From NCBI GenBank assembly GCA_030390025.1, contig JASTWF010000343.1:248001-312000 (forward strand): DNA of 64,000 nucleotides. Direction: 5' to 3'. Positions 51,026-62,310 of this stretch are shown here, piece by piece. The stretch comes from Squalus acanthias. Taxonomy: Eukaryota. Below the pieces are notes generated by a model that did no database searches, was not told the DNA's origin, and worked only from the letters and a program-made list of their open reading frames with translations. Made by a program: the position numbers and the translations under genes. The stretch's first letter is position 1, and each line of letters starts with the position of its first letter.

Positions 51026-51781
51026 TCTGTCTGAGGCTGAACCAAACTGTTCCTAACCGTTGTGTCATAGTTGAACCTGAAATGAGCTTCCGACCACATA
51101 TCCGCGCCATGACTAAAACAGCCTATTTCCACCTCCGTAACATAGCCTGTCTCTGCCCTTGTCTCAGCTCATCCGCTGCTGAAACCTTCATCCATGCCTT
51201 TGTTACTTCTAGACTTGGCTATTCCAACGCACTCCTGGCTGGCCTACCATGTTCCACCCTATGTAAACTTGAGATCATCCAATACTCTGCTGCCCATGTC
51301 CCAATTTACAGCAAACCCGTTCACCCATAATCTCTGTGCTCACTGACTTACGATGGCTCCCGGTTAGGCAGCACCTCGATTTTAAAACTTTCTTCCTTGT
51401 TTTCAAATCCCTCCATGGCCTCGCCCCTCCCTAGCTCTGTAGTCTCCTCCAGCCCCACAACCCCAGAGATATCTGCGCTCCTCTAATTCTTTCCTCTTGA
51501 GCACCCCGATTTTAATCGCTCAAACATTGGTGGCCGTGCCTTCTGTTGCCCAGGCCCTAAGCTCTGGAATTCCCTCCCTAAACCTCTCCGTCTCACTACC
51601 GCTCTTTCAACCTTGAAGACGCTCCTTAAAACCTACCTCTTTGATCAAGCTTTTGGTCACCTGTCCTAATATCTCCTTATGTGCCTCGGTGTCAAATGTT
51701 GTTTGATAATCACTCATGTGAAGCGACTTCGGACGTGTTACTACGTTAAAGGTGCTATATCAATACAAGTTGTTGTTGTTG
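51026..51781 (+). mobile_element. L2-clade LINE 3' fragment
   Basis: AYFHLRNIA..ETFIHAFVTSRLGYSNALLAGLP motif and (GTT)n tail at 51770-51781. Confidence 0.85.
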
Positions 51782-52449
51782 CGTATTGCCTATGTCCAAT
51801 TTAAGAACTAACAGTAAACTTTATTGCCCTGTGTATTGGATATCATGCCCAATATAACAATTAACTGTAACAATTTTACATTGTGTATTGGTTATTATAT
51901 CCTATTTAACAGTTAACTGTAAAATTATACCCATTGCATTTGTTAAGATCAATTTAACAATTAAGCTAATTGTATTCGCCATTGTATTTGTTACATTCAA
52001 TTGAACAATTAATGGTATATTTATTCCCTGTGTATTGGTTGCCATCTCCAATTTAACAATTAACTGTACCTTTTATGCAATTATATAATTTATCAAATTA
52101 ATTCAAATAACTGTAGCTTTTGCTTCCCGTCTGTTGCTTAATATGTCCAATTTTACAATTAACCGCAACGCTCTGAATAAAATAATAAATAGGAGCAGGA
52201 GTAGGCCATACAGCCTCCCGGGCCTGCTCTGCAACCTGCGTATTAATTTTAATGTCCTATTTATCAATCAACTGTAACTTTGTTCCTCGATGTATTGGTT
52301 AACACTTCCAATTTAAAACCACCTCTCGCTCTATTCCCACTGCGTTGGTTGTCATGTCCAAGTTAAAGATTAACGGTAATTCTTTTCCCATGTATCTTGA
52401 TGATCAAGCCCATTTATCAATTAACTGGATCTTTATTCCACTGTGTATC

Positions 52450-53965
52450 AGTTATCAAGGAGAGCCAGCACAGATTTGTTAAGGGCAAATCGTGTTTTAC
52501 TAATTTGATTGAGTTTTCTGATGATGTAACAGAGAGGGTGGATGAGATCTGTGCAGTTGATGTTGTGTATACGAACTTTCAAAAGGTGATTGCTAAATTT
52601 ACACATACTAGGCTTGTTAGTAAAATTGAAGCCCATTGAATAAAAGGGGCAGTAGCAGCATAGATAGAAAATTTGCTCAGGTGGAGAAAACACGGAATTG
52701 TGTTGAATGGCTATCTTCGGGCTGGAGGGATGTAAATAGTGGTGTTCCCCAGGGTTCAGTTCTGGGGGCTGGAGGGAGGTATGCAGTGGAGTTCCCCAGG
52801 GTTCAGTACTGGGGGCTGGGGGGAGGTATACAGTGCGAATTCCCAGGATTCAGTACTGGAGGCTGGAGGGAGGTATACAATGGAATTCCCCAGGATTCAG
52901 TACTGGGGTGCTGGAGGGATGCATACAGTGAAGTTCCCCAGGGTTCAGTTCTGGTGGCTGGAGGGAGGTATACAGTGGAGTTCCCCAGTGTTCAGTGCTG
53001 GGGGTTGGAGGGAGGTATACAGTGGAGTTCCGCAGAGTTCAGTCCGGGGTCTGGAGGGAGGGAAGCAGTGCTGTTCTCCAAGGTTCATTATTGCGGGCTG
53101 GAATGAGGTATACAGTCTGGTTCCCCAAGGTTCAGTACTGGGGTGCTGGAGGGAGGTATACAGCGGAGTTCCCCAGGGTTCAATACTGGGGGCTGGAGGG
53201 AGGTACACAGTGGAGTTCCCCAGGGTTCAATACTGGGGGCTGTCGGGAGGTAAAAACTGGAGTTACCCAGGGTACAGTACTGGGGCCTGGAGGGTGGTAC
53301 ACAGTGCTTTTCCCCAGGGTTCAGTACTGTGTGCTGAAGGGAGGTATACACTGGAATTCCCCAGGTTTCAGTTCTGGGGGCTGGGGGGCGAAGAAGACAG
53401 TGGAGTTCCCCAGGGTTCAGTACTGGGGGCTGGAGATATGTATACAGTGGAGTTCCCTATGGTTCAGTACTGGGGGCTGGAGGGATGTTTACAGTGGAGT
53501 TCCCCAGGGTTCAGTAATGCGGGCTGGAGCGAGGTATGCAGTGGAGTTCCCCAGGGTTCAGGACTGGGGGCTCGAGCGAGGTATACAGTGTAGTTCCCCA
53601 GGGTTCAGGACTGGGGGCTCCATCCACTTTGGATCTAAAAAGAATAGAACAGTGTTATTTCTAAATGATTAAATGTTAAAAACAGTGGCGGTCCAATGAG
53701 ACTTGGGGTCGATGTATACAGATTATTAAAATGGCCTGGACAGGCTCAGAAAATAATCAAAAAGGCTGATGGAATGTTGTCTGTTATATCTAAAGGATTG
53801 GAAGACAAGGGGGTAGAAGATATTCTGCAGCTATACAAAGCCCTGGTTAGACCACACCTGGGGTACTGTGAACAGATCTGGGCACCACACATTAGGAAGC
53901 ATATATTGGCCTTGGAGGGAGTGCAGCATAAATTTACCAGAATGATGCCTGGACACCAATGATTA
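52450..53965 (+). mobile_element. CR1 RT fragments with a 47-bp RT-derived tandem array (52720-53620, ~19 copies)
   Basis: CR1 RT sequence runs into repeats of GGCTGGAGGGAGGTATACAGTGGAGTTCCCCAGGGTTCAGTACTGGG (WREVYSGVPQGSVLG). Confidence 0.9.
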
Positions 53966-56185
53966 AATTCTTACTTCAATATTAAATTATTCTTTTCTGC
54001 TCTTTGCCCTTTTTATTGGGACTAAGCTCAGTCCCAGTGTCAGCTGTCACTCCAGCTCCTTCCACACTGACATCTCACTGATGGGCCGTAACCAGGGGCA
54101 GAAACCTGTCTCCATGTGACATCACACAGGAACAAGGAGCCAATCACACAGCAGCTAGGAATGATGTCACAAAGTAGCCGGTGCCCCTCCCACTCGAGGT
54201 GTCACAGGGTCACATTGAACAGGCTCTGCTCTTGGTGTGCAGTCTCACTGGCATGAACACAAGGTGTAGATTCAGCTCCATCTCGGACCCCGCTCCCCTA
54301 ATAGAATCATAGAATGATACAATCCAGGAGGAGCCCATTCGGCCCATCGTGTCTGTGCCGGCTATTTTAAAGTGCTATCAAATTAGTCGCACTCGCCTGC
54401 TCTTTCCCTATAGCCCTGCAACTTTTTCAGCTTCGAGTATTTATCCAACTCCCTATTGAGAGTTCCTATTGAATCTGCTTCCACCACCCTTTCAGGCAGT
54501 GCATTCCAGATCACAACAACTCGCTGCGTAAATAATGTTTTCCTCACGTTGCCTCTGGTTCTTTTTTCAATTACTTTAAATCTGTGTCCACTGGTTACCG
54601 ACCCTTCTGCCACTGGAAACAGTTTCTGCTTATCTAATCTATCAAATCCCTTCAGGATTTTGAGCAACTCCATCAATTCTCCCCTCAAATCTTTGCTCCA
54701 GGGAAACCAGTTTCTCCAGTCTCTCTACGTAACTGAAGTCCCTCATCCCTGGTACCATTCCAGTGAATCTCCTCTACACCATCTCCAAGGTCTTGACATC
54801 CTTTCTAAAGTGGTGCCCAGAATTAGACACAATACTACAGCTGTGGCCTAACCAGTCATTTATAAAAGTTTAGCATAACTTCCCTGCTTTTGTATTCTGC
54901 CTCCATTTATAAAGCTAAGGATCCCGTGCGTTTTTTAAACAACTTTCTCAACCTGTCCTGCCACCTTCAAACAGTTGTGTACGGACAACCCCAGGTCTCT
55001 CTGTTCCTGCACCCCCTTCAAATTTAAACCTTATAGTTTATATTGCCTCTCCTTATTCTTCCTATCAAAATGAATGACTTCACACTTTTCTCTGTTAAAT
55101 TTCATCTGGCCTGTGTCTGCCCATTTCACCAGTCTGTCTTTGTCCTCCTGAAGTCTGCTACTCTCCTCACTATTTACTACATTTCCGAATTTCGTGTCAT
55201 CTGCAAACTTTGAAATGATGCCTGTATACCTATGTCTAGCTCATTAATATATATCAAAAGAGCAGTGGTCCCGACACCGACCCCTGGGGAACACCACTGC
55301 ACACTTCCCTCCAGTCTGAAAAACAAGCGTTCACCGCTACTCTCTGCTTCCTGTCCTTAGCCAATGATGTATCCACACAGCAGCTGCCCCTTTAACACCA
55401 TGTGCTTTTGCTAACAAGTCTATTGTGTGGCACTTTATCAAACACATTTTGAAAGTCCTTATAAACAACATCGACGTCACTACCCTCATCCACCCTCTTC
55501 TTTACTTCATCAAAGAACTCAATTAATTTGATCAATCATGATTTGCCATTAACAAATTCATGCTAGCTTTCATAGAGTCCTAACGACACAAAAGGAGGTC
55601 ATTCAGCCCATCGAGTTCCTGACGCCTCTCTGTAAATCAATCCAGTCAGTCCCATTCCCCCGCTCTATCCCTGTAGCCCTGCAAGTTTATTTCCCTGAAG
55701 TGCCTATCAAGTCTCCCCTTGAAAACATTGAGTGTCTCCGCTTCCACCACTTCCGTCGGCAGCGAGCTCCACTTCCTCACCATTCGCTGCGTAAAAAGGT
55801 TTTTCTTCACATCCCCCCTGTATCTCTTGCACAACACCATAAATCTGTGTCCCCTATTCTTTGTACCTCAGCTAGCGGGAACAGCCTTTCCCCGTCTAGC
55901 CTATCCAAACCCGTCATATTCTTGTACACCTCTATCAAATCACTTCTCAACCTCCTTTGCTCTAATGAAAACAAATACAGCTTCTCCAACCTGTCGTTAC
56001 AGCTAAGATCCCCCATCCGCGGAACCATTCTGGCAAATCTCCTGTGCACCCTCTCAAGGGCGTTCACATCCTTCCTAAATTGCAGTGACCAGAACTGGAA
56101 ACAATAATACAGTTGTGGCCTAACCAGCGCTTTCTAAAGTATCAGCATAACTTCTCTACTTTTGTACTCAATACCTCTATTTATG

Positions 56186-56541
56186 AAAATGAGAAGTCGC
56201 ACAACACCAGGTTATAGTCCAACAGATTTATTTAATTTTACAAGCTTTCGGAGCTGTCGCTCCTTCCTCAGGTAAGTTAGCAGTGAGAGAATCTCCCAGA
56301 ATTCACAATTTAAACACAGACAAAATCTATTCAAATCTTTCCCTACATCAAAGATTTGAATAGATTTTGTCTGTGTTTAAATTGTGAATTCTGGGAGATT
56401 CTCTCACTGCTAACTTACCTGAGGAAGGAGCGACAGCTCCGAAAGCTTGTAAAATTAAATAAATCTGTTGGACTATAACCTGGTGTTGTGCGACTTCTCA
56501 TTTTTGTCCACCCCAGTCCAACGCCGGCATCTCCACATCAT
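56186..56541 (+). mobile_element. Penelope-like pLTR-only insertion forming a perfect hairpin (155-bp arms, 9-nt loop) plus 3' tail
   Basis: Arms 56186-56340 and 56350-56504, loop CCCTACATC, tail GTCCACCCCAGTCCAACGCCGGCATCTCCACATCAT, flanking direct repeat ACCTCTATTTATGAA. Confidence 0.92.
56415..56452 (+). ncRNA. Minimal type I hammerhead ribozyme motif (mirror copy on the minus strand at ~56238-56275)
   Basis: TTAC-CTGAGGA-A-GGAGC GACA GCTCC-GAAA-GCTT-GTAA: CUGANGA and GAAA cores, 5-bp stem II, palindromic AAGCTT stem III, TTAC/GTAA stem I. Confidence 0.75.
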
Positions 56542-58632
56542 GACCTCTATTTATGAAGCCCAAGGTCACATATGCTTTCCTAACCACTCTCCCAATATGT
56601 CCCGCCACATTCAGGGACGTATGCACATTAACTCCCAGGGCCCTCTGTGCCTGCACTCTCTTTAAAACTGTGCCATTAAGTGTATATTGACTCTCCCTGT
56701 TCCTTCTGGCAAAATGCATCACCTCACACTTCTCTGTATTGAATTCGATCTGGCACTTGTCTTTCATTTATTAACTCATATTTTCTAAGTGCCAAATAAT
56801 TTTGTCCCGGATTAACTTCTCTAAAAGTTTCTCCGCCACTGACTGTCCTGTAGTTGCCGGGTTTATCCCTGTCCTGCTTATTGAACAGGGATGTAACATT
56901 TGCAATCCTCCAGTCCTCTGGCACCACTCCCAAGCCCAAGGAGGATTGGAAGATTGTGGTCAGAGCCTCCGCAATTTCATCCCTAACTTCCCTCAGCAAA
57001 CTTGGATGCATCCCATCCGGACTGGGCAGCTTTTCTACTTGAGCGAGCCAGCCTTTATAGTACCTCCGCTTTTTCTAATGTTATCCCATCCAATTTCTCT
57101 CCTCCCTCCTCCTTTACTGTGACATTGGCATTCCCTTCTTCAGTGAAGACAGATGCAAAATGCTAATTTAGTACCTCAACAATGCCCCCTCTCTCTACAA
57201 GATCTCCTTTTTGGTCCATAATTTGCCCCACCCTTCGTTTGACTACCCTTTTACAATTTATATGTTTATAAAAGACATTTGAGTTACCTTTTATGTTCCC
57301 CGCTAATCTATTCTCTTTTCACTCTCTTAACTCCTTTTTCAGTTTTCAGTTTTCCCCTGTACTTTTTGTATTCAGCTTGGTTCTCTACTGAATTATTTGT
57401 GACTGGAAGCCTGTGTCCAGTGGTGTACCGCAGGAATCGGTGCTGGGTCCTTTGCTGTTTGCAGTGTACATTAATGATTTAGATATGGATGTAGGAGGTA
57501 TGATCAGTAAGTTTGCAGATGACATGAAAATTGGTGGGGTGGTAAATAGCGAGGAGGGAAGCCTCAGGCTACAGGACGATATAGACGGGTTGGTCACATG
57601 GGCAGAACAGTGGCAAATGCAATTTAACCCTGAAAAGTGTGAGGTGATGCATTTTGGGAGGACGAACAAGGCAAGGGATTACACAATGAATGGTAGGACC
57701 CTAGGAAGGACAGAGAATCAGAGGGAACCTGTAGTGCATGTACATAGATCCCTGAAGTCAGCAGGACAGGTAGATAAGGCGATTAAAAAGGCATATGGGA
57801 TACTTGCCTTCATTAGCCGAGGCATAGAATCTCAGAGCAGGGAGGTTATGATGGAGCGGTAGAAAACGCTAGTTAGGCCACAGCTGGAATACTGTGTGCA
57901 GTTCTGGTCGCCACACTATAGGAAGGATGTGATTGCATTGGAGAGGGTGCAGAGGAGATTCACTAGGATGTTACCTGGGCTGCAGCGCTTCAGCTATGAA
58001 GAGAGACTGGACAGGCTGGGGTTGTTTTCCTTTGAACAGAGAAGGCTGAGTGGGGACCTGATTGAGGTACAAAATTATGAGGGGCTTAGATAGTAGGTAG
58101 AAATGAACTTTTCCCCTTAGTAGAGGGGTCACTAATCAGGTGGCATAGTTTCAAGGTAAGGGGCAGGAGGTTTAGAGGGGCTTTGAGGAAAAACTTTTTC
58201 ACCCAGAGGGTGGTTGGAATACGGAACTCACTGCCTGAAAGGGTGGTAGAGGCAGGAACCCTCACAACATTCAAGAATGTGGAGTTGCCGGTGTTGGACT
58301 GGGGTGGACAAAAATGAGAAGTCGTACAACACCAGGTTATAGTCCAACAGATTTATTTAAAATTACAAGCTTTCGGAGCTGTCGCTCCTTCTACAGGTAG
58401 GGTAGCTGTGAGAGAATCTCCCAGAATTCAAAATATAAACATAGAAAAAATATATTCAAATCTTTCCCTACATCAAAGACACACTAAGTGCACAGCCAAG
58501 ACAATGAGATGTGTCCCAGGGGGTCAAACGTGTCAAAACACCTGCTGGCTGCATATCCTCTCCATTTGGGTTTGGTTCTTGTGTTAGTTTTTTTTTTAAA
58601 CAAAACCTGGAAAGACCGGCCCTGATGTCAAG

Positions 58633-59353
58633 TCACGTTCTGTATCGTGACATGAACCCGATATCGCGATTGAGGCCATCCTCATGAGTGCGGAACTTGG
58701 CTATCAGTTTCTGCTCTATGATTTTGCGCTGTCGTGTATCCCGAAGGCCGCCTTGGAGAACGCTTACCCGCAGATCCGAGGCTGAATGGCCCTGACTGCT
58801 GAAGTGTTCCCCGACTGGGAGGCAACCCTCCTGCCTGGCGATTGTTGCACGGTGTCCGTTCATACGTTGTCTCAGTGTCTGCATGGTCTCGCCGATGTAC
58901 CATGCTCTGGGGCATCCTTTACTGCAACGTATCAGGTAGACAACGTTGGCCGAGTCACATGAGTATGTACCATGTACCTGGTGGGTAGTGTCCTCATGTG
59001 TGATGATGGTATCTGTGCCCATGATCTGGCATGTCTTGCAGAGGTTGCCGTGGCAGGGTTGTGTGGTGTCGTGGTTGCTGTTCTCCTGAAAGATGGGTAA
59101 TCTGCTGCGAACGATGGTACTTTTGAGGTTAGGTGGCTGCTTGAAGGCGAGTAGTGGAGGCGTGGGGATGGCCTTAGCAAGGTGTTCGTCGTCATCGATG
59201 ACATGTTGAAGGCTGCGAAGAACATGGCGTAGTTTTTCCGCTCCGGGGAAGTACTGGACGACGTAGGGTACTCTGTTGGTTGTGTCCCGTGTTCGTCCTC
59301 TGAGGAGGTCTATGCGGTTTTTCGCTGTGGCCCGTCGGAACTGTCGATCGACG
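58633..59353 (-). pseudogene. Penelope ORF C-terminal part (GIY-YIG endonuclease), inverted copy
   Basis: Near-identical to the last ~240 aa of 59849-60997. Confidence 0.9.
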
Positions 59354-60997
59354 TATTCGCAGGCCTTCAAAACATCCTACGCGCTCTCATCCCACGTACT
59401 CCCCGCGTAGGAGACTTTTACTGCCTCCCAGAGATACACAAAGCCAACACACCCGGACGTCCTATCGTATCAGGCAACGGAACCCTGTGTGAGAACCTCT
59501 CTGGGTACGTCGAGGGCATCCTGAAACCCATCGTACAGCGAACCCCCAGCTTCTGTCGCGAGACTACAGACTTCTTGCAGAAACTCAGCACCCATGGACC
59601 AGTTGAACCAGGAACACTCCTCGTCACGATGGACGTATCGGCACTCTACACCAATATCCCCCACAATGACGGCATCGCTGCGACAGCCTCAGTACTCAAC
59701 ACCAACAACAGCCAATCTCCATCGCCATCCTACAACTCATCCGCTTCATCCTTGACCACAATGTCTTCACCTTCGACAACCATTTTTTCCCCCAAACACA
59801 CGGAACAGCCATGGGACCAAATTCGCACCCCAATACGCCAACATCTTCATGCACAAGTTCGAGCAAGACTTCTTCGCTGCACAGGACCTCCAACCAACGC
59901 TGTACACCAGATACATCGACGACATCTTCTTCCTTTGGACCCACGGCGAAGGATCACTGAAAGGACTACACGATAACATCAACAGGTTCCATCCCACCAT
60001 CAAACTCACCATGAACTACTCCTCAGAATCGGTTTCATTCTTGGACACACGAATCTCCATCAAAGACGGACGCCTCAGCACTTCACTCTACCGCAAGCCC
60101 ACGGACAATCTCACAATGCTCCACTTCTCCAGCTTCCACCCTAACCACGTTAAAGAAGTCATCCCCTATGGACAAGCCCTGCGAATACACAGGATCTGCT
60201 CAGACGAGGAGGAACGCGATGGACACCTACGGACACTGAAAGACGCCCTCGTAAGAACGGGATATGACTCTCGACTCGTCGATCGACAGTTCCGACGGGC
60301 CACAGCGAAAAACCGCATAGACCTCCTCAGAAGACGAACACGGGACACAACCAACAGAGTACCCTACGTCGTCCAGTACTTCCCCGGAGCGGAAAAACTA
60401 CGCCATGTTCTTTGCAGCCTTCAACATGTCATCGATGATGACGAACACCTTGCTAAGGCCATCCCCACGCCTCCACTACTCGCCTTCAAGCAGCCACCTA
60501 ACCTCAAAAGTACCATCGTTCGCAGCAGATTACCCATCTTTCAGGAGAACAGCAACCACGACACCACACAACCCTGCCACGGCAACCTCTGCAAGACATG
60601 CCAAATCATGGACACAGATACCATCATCACACGTGAGGACACTACCCACCAGGTACATGGTACATACTCATGTGACTCGGCCAACGTTGTCTACCTGATA
60701 CGTTGCAGTAAAGGATGCCCCAGAGCATGGTACATCGGCGAGACCATGCAGACACTGAGACAACGTATGAACGGACACCGCGCAACAATCGCCACGCAGG
60801 AGGGTTGCCTCCCAGTCGGGGAACACTTCAGCAGTCAGGGCCATTCAGCCTCGGATCTGCGGGTAAGCGTTCTCCAAGGCGGCCTTTGGGATACACGACA
60901 GCGCAAAATCATAGAGCAGAAACTGATAGCCAAGTTCCGCACTCATGAGGATGGCCTCAATCGCGATATCGGATTCATGTCACGATACAGAACGTGA
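59354..60997 (+). pseudogene. Penelope RT + GIY-YIG endonuclease, 5'-truncated and frameshifted
   Basis: YCLPEIHK, MDVSALYTNIPH, YTRYIDDIF, FLD..LYRKPTD and NVVYLIRC..YIGET..RMNGHR. Confidence 0.93.
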
Positions 60998-61232
60998 CTT
61001 GACATCATGGTCGGTCTTTCCAGGTTTTTTTAAAAAAAAAGCTAACACAAGAACCAAACCCAAATGGAGAGGATATGCAGCCAGCAGGTGTTTTGACACG
61101 TTGGACCCCCTGGGACACATCTCATTGTCTTGGCTGTGCTCTTAGTGTGTGTGTCTTTGATGTAGGGAAAGATTTGAATACATTTTTGCTGTGTTTATAT
61201 TGTGAATTCTTGGAGATTCTCTCACAGCTACC

Positions 61233-61270
61233 CTACCTGAAGAAGGAGCGACAGCTCCGAAAGCTTGTAA
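61233..61270 (+). ncRNA. Minimal hammerhead ribozyme motif in Penelope pLTR
   Basis: TAC-CTGAAGA-A-GGAGC GACA GCTCC-GAAA-GCTT-GTA. The inverted copy at ~58364-58400 has CTGTAGA (broken core). Confidence 0.72.
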
Positions 61271-61545
61271 TTTTAAATAAATCTGTTGGACTATAACCTG
61301 GTGATGTGCGACTTCTCAACTTTCAAGAAGCATTTAGATGAGCACTTGAAACGCCGTAGCAGACAAGACTACGGACCAAGTGCTGGAAAATGGGATTAAA
61401 ATAGACCGGGCTTGATGGCCAGCGGGGACACGATGGGGCGAAGGGCCTCTTTCTGTGCTGTATAACTCAATGACTATATGACTATCGATGACTCTATGAA
61501 CCTTACAATTCTCATAAGCCTCCTCGTTCACCTTCATTTTAATCC

Positions 61546-62310
61546 ATGGCCCGAAAATTAGACCTAATACGCGAGAGTACGCACTGTGTACTCTCGCGTA
61601 TTGGGTCTCCAATTGCCGGTTTCCTGCATGCACTGCGAATGCGCGGGAAACCGGCACTTCGTGAATTCAAAAGGGGGCGATTCCTAAGTGAACCGCGTGC
61701 GCGCTACAGGCTGTGCGCACGCAGTGCACTTTGTTATTTTTTCAGCTTTGAACGCGCAGGTAAGTGGTGAACATTTTATACATAAAGAAAGCAGGCGTAG
61801 GACCCCCTTTCAACAAGGTAAGTAGTTAATTAAGTGTTATTTTACAGTTTTTTCAACAGGTTTATCTTTTTTACCGACTTTAAAGAAAGGTAAATTTAGT
61901 TTTATAACATTTAAAAAGATTTTAAATCTTTTCAAAAATTTAATTTTTTGTTTAAAGTGGTTAAATTATTTAACTATACTTATTTTATTAATGTGATGCC
62001 TTTTTTAAATTTAATTGAGGTTTAGCTGTTCTTTTGGGGGGTGTAGTATTCATAGCCTTGACAGGTCTTCCTGTCAAAACTATGAATGAAAGATGGTGTG
62101 CTGCCATTGGCTCTAACTGAATCACGTGATCCCAGAGCTCGCACGAACTAATTGCGTCTCTGGGTCACGCAAGCACTGCACGGTTCCAAGAGAGAGAGCC
62201 TTTCAAACTAAAGTTCGTGTGGGCCCGGAGCAAAAAGGTAGGCGCGGAGTGCGATATCGCGGGGAATCCTTACCCCCGCGGGAACCCTCACTGTTTAATT
62301 TCTGGGCCAT
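61546..62310. mobile_element. Non-autonomous TIR DNA transposon (MITE, possibly Harbinger-related)
   Basis: Imperfect TIRs ATGGCCCGAAAATTA / TAATTTCTGGGCCAT, CpG-rich subtermini, AT-rich core, inserted in minus-strand CR1 sequence. TSD ambiguous (CAT/ATG). Confidence 0.75.

Larger units (their letters stand above)
49540..52450. repeat. Degenerate AT-rich ~50-bp tandem repeat (49540-50150 and 51785-52450), interrupted by CR1 and L2
   Basis: Recurring TTATCATGTCCAATTTAACAATTAACTGTAACTTTATT-like units. Confidence 0.75.
54300..57396 (-). mobile_element. Two or more minus-strand CR1 fragments (54300-55570; 55571-57396, the latter interrupted by the Penelope palindrome)
   Basis: Reverse CR1 tails at 54300 and 55571; RT ORF fragments 54383-54688, 55807-56067 and 56724-57011. 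Confidence 0.85.
58278..61318. mobile_element. Penelope-like element, inverted bipartite structure (minus arm 58278-59353 with tail; plus arm 59354-61318 without tail)
   Basis: About 1 kb inverted repeat, RT and GIY-YIG ORF, TTCAAGAA flanking direct repeat. Confidence 0.93.
57397..61500 (+). mobile_element. CR1 3' fragment (57397-58277 and 61319-61500) interrupted by a Penelope element
   Basis: RT ORF 57413-57862. Sequence breaks at ACATTCAAGAA and resumes TTCAAGAAGCATTTAGATGAG; tail near 61480. Confidence 0.9.

Noticed and set aside
28228..53620. Tandem arrays as possible CRISPR arrays
   Set aside because: They are head-to-tail repeats with no unique spacers, no cas genes, and a eukaryotic context.
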